A stretch of 49,707 nucleotides of DNA, from positions 1 through 49,707 of IMG/VR virus record IMGVR_UViG_3300027863_000054, one strand, 5' to 3'. The notes under the pieces were generated by a model. That model saw only the letters and a program-made list of their open reading frames with translations. It searched no databases and was not told where the DNA came from. Both the position numbers and the translations under genes were made by a program. The DNA is from a virus (taxonomy: Duplodnaviria; Caudoviricetes). Positions within the stretch are counted from its first letter, which is position 1. Each line of letters starts with the position of its first letter. Of the stretch, positions 18,550 through 27,248 are shown piece after piece.

Positions 18550-19206
18550 TTATGCTACTCCCAGCATACTGCTAATCTTTGATATAGAACTTGAAACTCT
18601 CTGATACAAAGGAGCAAAAATGCTTTTAAACCATTCCACAATTTTTCTCCAGAAACCTTCTTCGTTTATACTTTCACCCATTGCTTTAATTACCAAAGAA
18701 GGCTCTTTAACTGCTGTTAATTTCGAATATGTTTCTCTTAACAGCTTATCTACATCTGGTTTTAATTTTGACTCCACCTCTTCATAAACTTGCCAAAAAC
18801 TTGGTATTGTCTTTGTTTCTTTAAGATAAATCAAGGCTTTCTCTAATTGAATTCCGTCTGCTTTAAGTTTCTCTAAAACCTCAATAACCGGTGCTTCCAG
18901 TTCCTTCTTCTGTGCTTTTAACTCTTCTAACTTGGATTTAAGTTCATTCATCTTCTGCTGAATCTCTACTAAGTCGTCAACAATCTCTTTTTTCTTTTTG
19001 TCTAAAACCGTAGGAGACAAATATATTTTATGAACCTCATACAATCCTTTTTCTTCCATTTCTCGTATCCTCTGTTTTATCTGTTCTCTTGTAGTTTCAT
19101 CTAATTCAATCTTTTCTAATTTTGCTATTTGTCTTTTTACTCTCTCATAAAGAGTTTTTAATTTATACACATTTTCTGCTAAAAGTTGAACTTTTAACTC
19201 ATCCAT
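18550..19206 (-). CDS. Coiled-coil protein, putative head core/internal protein (start corrected to MDELKV)
   Basis: GAGGGGG SD before ATG at 19206; LYE, SINEE sites; amphipathic C-terminal helix. Confidence 0.6.
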   Translation of the reverse strand: MDELKVQLLAENVYKLKTLYERVKRQIAKLEKIELDETTREQIKQRIREMEEKGLYEVHKIYLSPTVLDKKKKEIVDDLVEIQQKMNELKSKLEELKAQKKELEAPVIEVLEKLKADGIQLEKALIYLKETKTIPSFWQVYEEVESKLKPDVDKLLRETYSKLTAVKEPSLVIKAMGESINEEGFWRKIVEWFKSIFAPLYQRVSSSISKISSMLGVA

Positions 19207-19218
19207 CTTTTCCCCCTC

Positions 19219-19236
19219 TTTGACACACGTGTCAAA
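19219..19236. promoter_or_regulatory. Palindromic operator-like site TTTGACAC-AC-GTGTCAAA
   Basis: Intergenic, abuts SD; second copy at 38322-38343. Confidence 0.6.
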
Positions 19237-19240
19237 ATTC

Positions 19241-20287
19241 CTATAAAGAAACGACCTCTGCATTTAATTTATTTTCCTGAATATATTTTGTTGCTTCGTC
19301 TTTTGAAACAAATGCCTTTAGCTCTCCGCTCTCCTTAATCAACTCAAGCTTATCTAAATCGGCAACAAAATACCTCTCTGACTTAGACTCGGTTGTTTTT
19401 GTCTTCACCCTACTAAGAGCATCCATTCTCGCTTCCTGCCTATTATCATACAAAACCCAGTTCTCAGTTTGTACGGCATGCACAGGTGTACCTCTATAAT
19501 AATTGCCTAAGTCAGTTAAATTGTCTATCTTAATAACTACATCGTCTGCGGTTTCACCCTCCACTGGGTCTACAACTAACCACAATTTTGCTGACTTACT
19601 ATCTGCAAGTTTAGATTCTCTAACAGTCTTAGACTCTACCGGCTTAACAGGCAGTTTCATTCTTTTCTTTACAACTCCCATAATATACTGGTAGTCTCTG
19701 CCTGATAAATCTTTATCGGATTTGCCCATCCACTCTTTATATTTTTCTTTAGTCTCCTTCCAATATCTCTCTGCCTTAGATTTAGATATTCCTGCTTCTT
19801 TAGCTAAACTGTATAAGGCAGCAGGCGGATGAGTTTCTCCTGCCTTTGCCAACTCTTCCTGCTCTTCCTTTGCAATTGCTTCTCCTTCCTCAGGAGTAAC
19901 TAATCCAGCAATTGCTTCCTCTGGAAGAACCAAAATTATCTCCTCTCCTGCTACAGGTTCTTCAGGTTTCTCTGCTGGTTTTTCCTCTTCTTTTGGTTCC
20001 TCTTTCTCTATTCCTTTTGCTTCAGGTTCTTTTGGTTCCTCTTTCTCTATTCCTTTTGCTTCAGGTTCTTTTGGTTCCTCTTTCTCTTGTTCCACTAACT
20101 TCTTAATCTTTTCCTCTTCCGTATCATCTGGATTAGGAATTCTTCCTTCTCTTGTCCATCTTTTAAGTCCTTTTTCCCGTAGTTTCTTAATTTTCTCTTC
20201 CTCAGTATCGTCTGGATTAGGAACCCGACCCTCCAATTCTACCTCCTCAGAAATAAACCTAAAAAGTTTGTTGACTATATCCATCAT
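19241..20287 (-). CDS. Acidic multi-module putative head core protein with internal repeats
   Basis: Two GRxPNPDDTEEEKIKKL units, EEPKEPEAKGIEK repeats, many (I/L/V)-X-E sites. Confidence 0.65.
   Translation of the reverse strand: MMDIVNKLFRFISEEVELEGRVPNPDDTEEEKIKKLREKGLKRWTREGRIPNPDDTEEEKIKKLVEQEKEEPKEPEAKGIEKEEPKEPEAKGIEKEEPKEEEKPAEKPEEPVAGEEIILVLPEEAIAGLVTPEEGEAIAKEEQEELAKAGETHPPAALYSLAKEAGISKSKAERYWKETKEKYKEWMGKSDKDLSGRDYQYIMGVVKKRMKLPVKPVESKTVRESKLADSKSAKLWLVVDPVEGETADDVVIKIDNLTDLGNYYRGTPVHAVQTENWVLYDNRQEARMDALSRVKTKTTESKSERYFVADLDKLELIKESGELKAFVSKDEATKYIQENKLNAEVVSL
19988..20087. repeat. About 2.5 copies of a 39-bp in-frame tandem repeat (EEPKEPEAKGIEK)
   Basis: ttttggttcctctttctctattccttttgcttcaggttc repeated. 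Confidence 0.85.
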
Positions 20288-20688
20288 TTACCTCCTTTTA
20301 AATCTACTTTATCCCCTTTTTCATTACACCAGCCCCTATCTTTGACATTTAGTCCAAAGTCAATTAGACTAATAACTTTATCGGAAACAACTGAATCGTT
20401 TTTCCAAAATGCCACCTTAAAAGAACTGTCTTCTTTATATAATGGTCTTAATTCTAAAGGTAAATCTTCAAATCTTAAATTGAGCAAGTCCTGAATTGAC
20501 TTATAAACACTTCCACTTAAAATATAATCCAGAATCTCTAAAGCTCTTTCATCTTTAGGAATAACTTTTAATCCATTTTCCAAAACCTGTCTAAATAAAG
20601 TAATTGTTGTAGTTGCAGGCAGCTTATCAGAATACTCTCCTAAATTATGCAATAATTTCTTATAAACCGTTAAATCTAAATCTTTCAT
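20284..20688 (-). CDS. Hypothetical protein
   Basis: ATGA-coupled on both sides. Confidence 0.65.
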   Translation of the reverse strand: MKDLDLTVYKKLLHNLGEYSDKLPATTTITLFRQVLENGLKVIPKDERALEILDYILSGSVYKSIQDLLNLRFEDLPLELRPLYKEDSSFKVAFWKNDSVVSDKVISLIDFGLNVKDRGWCNEKGDKVDLKGGK

Positions 20689-21521
20689 AACACATCCTTA
20701 ATTATATCTTTTATCCTTTGAAAATCTTTTATAATAAACCTTTCTCTCTCTGGATACAACTTCCCACCTTCAATCTTTACTCCGGCTATGCCTTCTTCCT
20801 CAAGCTTCTCTGCCACCTCCTTGTCATCAATGTAGATATTTTCTAAAATCTTCCACGAATAAGTTATTACTCCCTCAAAAAGAACTCTAACTCCTTTATA
20901 ATTAGCTATAAAAACTACACCTGCTAAATTATCTCTATCTAATTCTACTGTTATCGGTCTTCCATTTTCCAAAGAATCAATCAACATCTCTATTGCCCCT
21001 CTGTCATCAGCATATTTATTCTTTACTTTTGCCATTAAACCTTCGATGCTTTCTGAAATTCTTCCTAAATCTATTACAGCATTTACTGGTTGATATACTC
21101 CTCCTTCAAAAACAAACTTAAAGCTTTCTACATCTTTCTTTAAGTCTTTAATCTTTGAGTTCTCTAATACATCTTCTAAAACCTCTTCAAGTTCATCGTA
21201 AAGCGAGCCTATTCCTCTATCTATTGCTTCTTTCAAATACTGAAACAAGTCCACAACCATAACCGGTGATACATATTTATCTGAGTTAAGAAATCTCTTA
21301 CAGAATTCCCCAAAAAATCCCCTTTCTACTAATGTGACTAACTCTCCATTGCCAAACTTTACCAAATACCCTTCAGGTCTTTCTAAAATCTTAATCTGCC
21401 ACTTATTTTTAAGTCTTGCTAAGGTCTCTAACTTTTTCTGAAAAGTAGTAAATCCTGAAGGCAAAAATACTATGTTAGCAGAAGTAGTTGCCTCGATAAT
21501 GTCATTAATAAATCTATCCAT
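20685..21521 (-). CDS. Hypothetical protein (start corrected to MDRFINDIIEA)
   Basis: GAGGAG SD before ATG at 21521; leader-like IIE-A. Confidence 0.65.
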   Translation of the reverse strand: MDRFINDIIEATTSANIVFLPSGFTTFQKKLETLARLKNKWQIKILERPEGYLVKFGNGELVTLVERGFFGEFCKRFLNSDKYVSPVMVVDLFQYLKEAIDRGIGSLYDELEEVLEDVLENSKIKDLKKDVESFKFVFEGGVYQPVNAVIDLGRISESIEGLMAKVKNKYADDRGAIEMLIDSLENGRPITVELDRDNLAGVVFIANYKGVRVLFEGVITYSWKILENIYIDDKEVAEKLEEEGIAGVKIEGGKLYPERERFIIKDFQRIKDIIKDVL

Positions 21522-21645
21522 TTTTATCTCCTCTTTGCCTCCTCTGAAGCCCATCTAAAATAGGTCCATAAGCTTTTCTAAACCCTTCTACCTCTCTGTC
21601 TACCTGTTCAGCTTCTTTTAAAATTGCCTCTAACAACTTTTTCAT
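21514..21645 (-). CDS. 43-aa leader-bearing mini-ORF or truncated gene (MKKLLEAILKEAEQVD...)
   Basis: Read by eye; AAGGAG SD; same leader as the duplicated upstream gene. Confidence 0.6.
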   Translation of the reverse strand: MKKLLEAILKEAEQVDREVEGFRKAYGPILDGLQRRQRGDKNG

Positions 21646-21659
21646 TTTTTACTCTCCTT

Positions 21660-22016
21660 TTAATATTCAATTGCATACCATTCCCATTCAAAATCTTTAA
21701 TGATTTCTCCTGGTGTGTATTTTCCTTTTCTAATATCTTCTCTTGTTATACGAACGCCGGGAGGTAGTCGCAGGTCTACTCTAAGTGTAGCATTTTTATA
21801 TTTTTCCCCTTCTCGTGTCACATATGTACCTTCAATTTCTATTCCCCTATCAAAAAGTTTGTCGTCTTCGGTAAACTCAATATTTACACTTTCCACATAG
21901 AAATCCCCATCTTCGCCTAAATCAATAAAATGCCTTCCTTTTATTACATCTTCATCTGCTAGCTCATATCTTACTTCTTTATCCTCTTTTAGAATTGCCT
22001 CTAATAACTTTTTCAT
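21660..22016 (-). CDS. Acidic 118-aa protein with MKKLLEAILKE leader, copy 2
   Basis: Identical to 22046-22402. Confidence 0.8.
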   Translation of the reverse strand: MKKLLEAILKEDKEVRYELADEDVIKGRHFIDLGEDGDFYVESVNIEFTEDDKLFDRGIEIEGTYVTREGEKYKNATLRVDLRLPPGVRITREDIRKGKYTPGEIIKDFEWEWYAIEY

Positions 22017-22045
22017 TCTGCCTCCTTTTCACCAAATAATACCTA

Positions 22046-22402
22046 TTAATATTCAATTGCATACCATTCCCATTCAAAATCTTTAATGATTTCTCCTGGT
22101 GTGTATTTTCCTTTTCTAATATCTTCTCTTGTTATACGAACGCCGGGAGGTAGTCGCAGGTCTACTCTAAGTGTAGCATTTTTATATTTTTCCCCTTCTC
22201 GTGTCACATATGTACCTTCAATTTCTATTCCCCTATCAAAAAGTTTGTCGTCTTCGGTAAACTCAATATTTACACTTTCCACATAGAAATCCCCATCTTC
22301 GCCTAAATCAATAAAATGCCTTCCTTTTATTACATCTTCATCTGCTAGCTCATATCTTACTTCTTTATCCTCTTTTAGAATTGCCTCTAATAACTTTTTC
22401 AT
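22046..22402 (-). CDS. Acidic 118-aa protein with MKKLLEAILKE leader, copy 1
   Basis: AGGAGG SD; identical to 21660-22016. Confidence 0.8.
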   Translation of the reverse strand: MKKLLEAILKEDKEVRYELADEDVIKGRHFIDLGEDGDFYVESVNIEFTEDDKLFDRGIEIEGTYVTREGEKYKNATLRVDLRLPPGVRITREDIRKGKYTPGEIIKDFEWEWYAIEY

Positions 22403-22414
22403 TTTGCCTCCTTT

Positions 22415-22876
22415 TTACCAAATAATACCTAAACCCATTAAACTATATGCAATCTCTATTCCTATTAACAATCCAATCATTCCCTCTACTATCTTCCAGA
22501 CAAATATATTTGCTGTCAACTTTGTATTACTTAATTTAAACAAAACAAGAAAACCTAAAACTGTAATCAAGTTCCACGCAGAAATACCTATCGGTATCCC
22601 AATTAGTCCATAAGCAAGACCTACACCTATTCTATCAATCCAATCTTTTCTTTCTCCATAACCAAGATGGAATGCACCACAAGCAAGAACTGCTACACCT
22701 ATTGCTTGCCCAAGTTTTACTCCGGCAATTATCCCTGCAACAAGATACACAATAGGCAATACAAATCTCCTAATCCATTTCTTTCCTTTAATCTTTTTTG
22801 AAATTTCTGTCCCACCTAAAGCAAATAATAGCCAAGATAAAGCTGGAACTATAACCATTAACAATTCTTTATTCAT
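22415..22876 (-). CDS. Multi-pass membrane protein
   Basis: Several hydrophobic Gly-rich helices. Confidence 0.7.
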   Translation of the reverse strand: MNKELLMVIVPALSWLLFALGGTEISKKIKGKKWIRRFVLPIVYLVAGIIAGVKLGQAIGVAVLACGAFHLGYGERKDWIDRIGVGLAYGLIGIPIGISAWNLITVLGFLVLFKLSNTKLTANIFVWKIVEGMIGLLIGIEIAYSLMGLGIIW

Positions 22877-22903
22877 TCTTCACTCTCCTCCTTTTCATCA
22901 AAT

Positions 22904-23140
22904 TTAACTCTCTCCTTTAATCAACTTATATAACTTACCATCCAAAAGCTCATTCGCTATCTTTAGTATTTCTTTAATCTGTGCTATGTCTACTGACCTT
23001 TTCTTCCCTTCAATCTTCGTGATTAACTTAGCAAATTCATTTAAATCCATACCTACTTCGTCCTTCTTAAATATGTCTCTAAATAACCAACCTAAAATAA
23101 AAGACAATATTAAAGCTAATATAAAAAATAAAATTATCAT
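22904..23140 (-). CDS. Small protein with N-terminal transmembrane helix
   Basis: MIILFFILALILSFILGWLF; an alternative start at MDLNEF is possible. Confidence 0.55.
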   Translation of the reverse strand: MIILFFILALILSFILGWLFRDIFKKDEVGMDLNEFAKLITKIEGKKRSVDIAQIKEILKIANELLDGKLYKLIKGES

Positions 23141-23208
23141 TTTTTACTTTTCCTTCTGTATTCTTCCGTGTTTTCTCATTTTTCCTTCCTATTTATAATA
23201 CCTACTTT

Positions 23209-23580
23209 TTATAAATATCCTAAAGCTTTTCTGATTCTTTTTGATGTTCCTTCATCCCATCCTTTTCCTTCTAACCTTGAATAAATCCAAGCAGTAGCAA
23301 AAGCAGGCACATCAATTTCGTCATGTAAATCGGGATTGTTAGATACTACACTTAAACCTCCCCCTACCTCTACAAAAGCATTTACCGCTTCTACGACATT
23401 GTTCCATTCTTTTTTAGCATTTTCATTGTATCTTTGAATGGCTACTTTTAGGTCTTCCATTCTTTTTTTCACTTCATCTGCTTTTCTCCGCTCTGACTCG
23501 TCTCTTGCCTTTTTTAATTCCTCTTCTGTCGGTGGTTTAAATATATCCTGCTCTAATAAACTCTCTAATAATTTTTTCAT
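23209..23580 (-). CDS. Protein with the LRR-family 22-aa N-terminus (MKKLLESLLEQDIFKPPTEEEL) fused to an unrelated helical domain
   Basis: 5' DNA identical to that of LRR genes; no repeats. Confidence 0.75.
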   Translation of the reverse strand: MKKLLESLLEQDIFKPPTEEELKKARDESERRKADEVKKRMEDLKVAIQRYNENAKKEWNNVVEAVNAFVEVGGGLSVVSNNPDLHDEIDVPAFATAWIYSRLEGKGWDEGTSKRIRKALGYL

Positions 23581-24371
23581 ACTATTATCTCACCTTTTAC
23601 TTCTGATACTTTGCTTACATCCTCTCTAGTAAATTTAACTAGATTATCATAACAATAAAAACCTCTTCCTACATATTCTGGTGCTCCCTCTAAAGAGGTT
23701 AACTTGTTATGAGAACAACCAAAATTTCCTCCTACATATTTAGGTGCTCCTTCTAATGAAGTTAAATTGTTGTCATGACAAACAAAATTTCCTCCTACTC
23801 TTTCAGGTGCTCCCTCTAAAGAGGTTAAATCGTTAAAAGCACAATCAAAATTTCCTTCTACTCTTTCTGGCGCACCTTTTAAAGAGGTTAAATTGTTCTT
23901 AAAACAATAAAAATTTCCTCCTACATATTTAGGTGCTCCTTTTAAAGAAGTTAAATTGTTATGAGAACAATTAAAATACTCACCTACATATTTAGGTGCT
24001 CCTTCTAAAGATTTTAACTTGTTACCACGACAATCAAAATTTCCTTCTACTCTTTCTGGCGCACCTTTTAAAGAGGTTAAATTGTTATAAGAACAATAAA
24101 AACTACCACCTACATATTTAGGTGCTCCCTCTAATGTAGTTAATCCACACTCATAACAATAAAAATTTCCTTTTACTTTACCAAACTTGATTATAAATTT
24201 ACCGTTTTTAACAACACTACTTAAATTATACAAACTACAATCAAAATCATAAGTTCCATCTGGATTCAGTTTACCGCTATATCCTTCTATAAATCTTTTT
24301 AACAATTCTTCCTCTGTAGGCGGTTTAAATATATCTTCCTGTTCTAAAAGTTTTGAAAGTAGTTCTTTCAT
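23577..24371 (-). CDS. Variable LRR protein (8 x 21-aa repeats), outlying paralogue
   Basis: PKYVGGxFxCxxNxLTSLEGA repeats; N- and C-caps shared with eight paralogues. Confidence 0.88.
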   Translation of the reverse strand: MKELLSKLLEQEDIFKPPTEEELLKRFIEGYSGKLNPDGTYDFDCSLYNLSSVVKNGKFIIKFGKVKGNFYCYECGLTTLEGAPKYVGGSFYCSYNNLTSLKGAPERVEGNFDCRGNKLKSLEGAPKYVGEYFNCSHNNLTSLKGAPKYVGGNFYCFKNNLTSLKGAPERVEGNFDCAFNDLTSLEGAPERVGGNFVCHDNNLTSLEGAPKYVGGNFGCSHNKLTSLEGAPEYVGRGFYCYDNLVKFTREDVSKVSEVKGEIIV

Positions 24372-24382
24372 TTTCTATCTCC

Positions 24383-25027
24383 TCAACTTTCCTCCATCCT
24401 CTTCTTTAAAAACTCTGTTGCCTTTCTAACAGTCTTATCGGTTTTTCTTACCTGCTCTTCTCCTTTCTCAATTGACTTACTATAAAAAGTTTTCAGGTAT
24501 CTGGATAAAGTTCCTATATACAAAGGCAAAACTTCCATAATAGCTTCTGTATGCTTGCAATATGCACCATACTCTTTTGGATTTCTAATTCTTGGTGGTC
24601 TATTTTCTGGACTGGTATATTTAGCATCTTTTTGTGTTAAAATGTAAGCAGGACCCCAATACTGGAATGCCGGACAACTACAATACAATTCTAAGTCTGC
24701 ATTGTAAAAAACTTCTGTTGCTAACCTAATTAAGTCTACTCCTGACAAATCTTCCTTCCACAATCTTTTGTCTTGAGTAAGTTCATATACTAACTTATCT
24801 AAATCTTTAAACTTTACTATTACATCATAGTAAAGATTTTTATCTGAAGATTTTGCTTTAAAAAACCAGATTCCACCTGCTTTATAGTCTCTAAATCTAA
24901 TACCTCTTGAATATATTACTTTAACTCTATCGTAAAAAGTCGGAAATAAATTAGTGATTGACCTCTGCTTTACTACTAAATCTGTATACCCTGCTTCCTG
25001 AACTATAGCTTCTATTAAACTAAACAT
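24383..25027 (-). CDS. SWIM zinc-finger-like protein
   Basis: CSCPAFQY...YCKH (CxC...CxH); leader-like MFSLIEAIVQE. Confidence 0.7.
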   Translation of the reverse strand: MFSLIEAIVQEAGYTDLVVKQRSITNLFPTFYDRVKVIYSRGIRFRDYKAGGIWFFKAKSSDKNLYYDVIVKFKDLDKLVYELTQDKRLWKEDLSGVDLIRLATEVFYNADLELYCSCPAFQYWGPAYILTQKDAKYTSPENRPPRIRNPKEYGAYCKHTEAIMEVLPLYIGTLSRYLKTFYSKSIEKGEEQVRKTDKTVRKATEFLKKRMEES

Positions 25028-25030
25028 CTT

Positions 25031-25723
25031 TTAGATTCTCCTTGACAGAGTGACCCAACGACCTTCTTCTACCAATTGCTTCTTTAAGTCCTCTGCCTCC
25101 TCTTTTCCCTCATCGTATAAAGACTGACCGTCTGACTTAGCACCTATAATATCTGCCTTTCTTAAAGCATTCCCTTCAACCATTTTGACTAATGCTTTAG
25201 AGTATCTTAAAATCCAGTCTAATACCCATTCATGCTTTATGTCCTCATCAGGTAAAATTCTTTTTGTTCCCATTACACATACTTTAGAAGCACCTAAAGG
25301 TAAGTTCTGTATATATAGTATCCCGCCAACTTGTGGGTCATCTGACTTAACAAACATCCATTGAAAGTCAGCAGATAAATACTGCTTATAAGTTCTAAAA
25401 GCTTCTCCCATTACAATTAAGTCGCTTGTCACATTGTCTAAAATCTGCGTTCCTAGCAAAGTCCATAGAGGTAAATCTTGAAAAACCCAAGTAGTTGTTC
25501 TATCTGGAATTACTCGAACTACTGTTTTGACATCCGGGTCTACTTGAACATGATTTTTTCCACCAACAGAATAAATCCGAGTAGTCTTAAATCCTGAATG
25601 TGAGTTGTAATAACGAATAGCATTGTCTATACATTGCTCTATTACATCATCTGGAGTAGTCAGACTTCCTCTTAATATACCAAACTCATTTTTTATCCAC
25701 TGAACTATCTCCTGTTTCGTCAT
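25031..25723 (-). CDS. Neck / head-tail adaptor (T4 gp13-like)
   Basis: IEQCIDNAIRYY, WILRYSKALVKMVEG, DGQSLYDEGKEE; directly after MCP. Confidence 0.8.
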   Translation of the reverse strand: MTKQEIVQWIKNEFGILRGSLTTPDDVIEQCIDNAIRYYNSHSGFKTTRIYSVGGKNHVQVDPDVKTVVRVIPDRTTTWVFQDLPLWTLLGTQILDNVTSDLIVMGEAFRTYKQYLSADFQWMFVKSDDPQVGGILYIQNLPLGASKVCVMGTKRILPDEDIKHEWVLDWILRYSKALVKMVEGNALRKADIIGAKSDGQSLYDEGKEEAEDLKKQLVEEGRWVTLSRRI

Positions 25724-25751
25724 ACAATCTATAGCCCTCCAATTTTAGAGT

Positions 25752-25781
25752 AAAGAGGGCAAGAAAAATCTTGCCCTCTTT
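25752..25781 (-). terminator. Probable intrinsic terminator after the major capsid gene
   Basis: Perfect 13-bp stem AAAGAGGGCAAGA / TCTTGCCCTCTTT with 4-nt loop; short T-tract. Confidence 0.7.
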
Positions 25782-25795
25782 TCCCTAAACTGCCC

Positions 25796-27247
25796 TTACG
25801 CCAAGCTGCTTACGGTTCCATAGGTGAACAGTCCATGGTTCACCACTTTATAACCTGCTGATGACAAGAAGCCTTTCTGCGCTCTTAAATCAGCTGTTAT
25901 AAGTGTTGGAGTGGTGAATAATGGAATATAAGGTGCATAAATAAACCCTGCAAAAAGATAGCTATCACCTTTAAAGCCCATAAGATACTCATTGCTCGAG
26001 AAGAATGGGTCTTGAATAACTATCTTGCCATCTAAATTTCCAATTTCAATCGGTCCAGTTGGTACATCAGGAATTCCCGTAGCAGGTTTAAAGTTAGGCT
26101 GAAGTTGTTTAATTACTCTTGCCACATTATTTCCTGCCACGATAAAGTTCCCAATGCCTCTTAAGGTTTTGGCAAAGATGTTATTTGAACCCTTCTCAAA
26201 CCTATCGAGTATCTCATATTTCTTCCAAAGCCATTCTTGACCACTCTGAACTGTTGCACTCCAATCACCAATCGGAGCAGCAGCCAAACTGGACTTGCTG
26301 GCTTCTAACATCATGTCAAGTCCTAAATGGTCGAGTTCAAATTTAATTTCTCCACCTAAGAACTTGACAACTTCATCTTCCAGCACAAGTCCGTGTGCTT
26401 TCTCCAAATCAATAGCAGCCCCTAAAGTATAGAAGGCTTTCAGTGGGAAGTCCTCTGCTTCTACCATCTCTGAAACAAGGCTAATGTCTACTTCAGGAAC
26501 TCCCACACCACCAGCCATCTTCTCATAGTTGTATCTATATGTCGCTTTAACTTTTGCTCCATTGGCAGGTGCAGTGTGGAAAGTCACACTTAATGCACCG
26601 GTTGTATAGTTAATTGTTCCAGAACCACCCGCTGAACCAGTTAAGGTTCCATCGCCATTGTCTACAAAAGTCTCAGTTCCATCAGTTACAGTCACTGTTC
26701 CTGCTTTAACTGGCTTGTAGTCAAGAGTCTTGGTAAAGGTCTTGGTTGACCCATCACCAGTTCCAACTAATTCGTTGTAGACAATAGTTCTGGCATATTG
26801 CTGTTGAGCAGTTCCATAAGCATGACCGGTCTTTGCACCAATCATAGTTTCGCCTGCTTCCACTTCGCCTTTCTTTGAACCGTATTTCACATCGAGATAG
26901 AACACCGCAGCCTGCCTACGGTCTAATGCCTGCACAATTGCTATACGATTTAGCACTAAACTGGGTAGCAAGGCAGCAATTACCGGCAATTGAATGCCAA
27001 GAAAGCTAATGTTGTCTTGGTAAGTAGTCTCAAAGATTTTCTGCCGAGTTCTTAATCCTCCATCAATAAGAGCGTTCTCTAATACTTGTGACATATTCAT
27101 TTTATCCCATTCAGATAAAGAACGACCCTCATATTTTTGAAGGAATTTATCGGCAGCATCCAGATATGGTTTCCAAGACTCTACCAGCAACTTTCTCTTG
27201 GCTTTCATTGCCTCTAATCTTGTCTCAAGTTGCTTCTGTATGTCCAT
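25796..27247 (-). CDS. Major capsid protein (T4 gp23-like) with a beta-rich insertion domain
   Basis: VLEN...IFE-T prodomain, LKAFYT..AAIDLEKAHG, MGFKG...AGFIYAPYIPL are gp23 motifs. Confidence 0.95.
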   Translation of the reverse strand: MDIQKQLETRLEAMKAKRKLLVESWKPYLDAADKFLQKYEGRSLSEWDKMNMSQVLENALIDGGLRTRQKIFETTYQDNISFLGIQLPVIAALLPSLVLNRIAIVQALDRRQAAVFYLDVKYGSKKGEVEAGETMIGAKTGHAYGTAQQQYARTIVYNELVGTGDGSTKTFTKTLDYKPVKAGTVTVTDGTETFVDNGDGTLTGSAGGSGTINYTTGALSVTFHTAPANGAKVKATYRYNYEKMAGGVGVPEVDISLVSEMVEAEDFPLKAFYTLGAAIDLEKAHGLVLEDEVVKFLGGEIKFELDHLGLDMMLEASKSSLAAAPIGDWSATVQSGQEWLWKKYEILDRFEKGSNNIFAKTLRGIGNFIVAGNNVARVIKQLQPNFKPATGIPDVPTGPIEIGNLDGKIVIQDPFFSSNEYLMGFKGDSYLFAGFIYAPYIPLFTTPTLITADLRAQKGFLSSAGYKVVNHGLFTYGTVSSLA

Positions 27248-27248
27248 A

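Larger units (their letters stand above)
21660..22431. repeat. 386-bp direct tandem duplication
   Basis: CDS identical by eye; two differences in the upstream intergenic part. Confidence 0.9.

Noticed and set aside
23144-23179. Tiny ORF MRKHGRIQKEK*
   Set aside because: Too short, no leader and no other support
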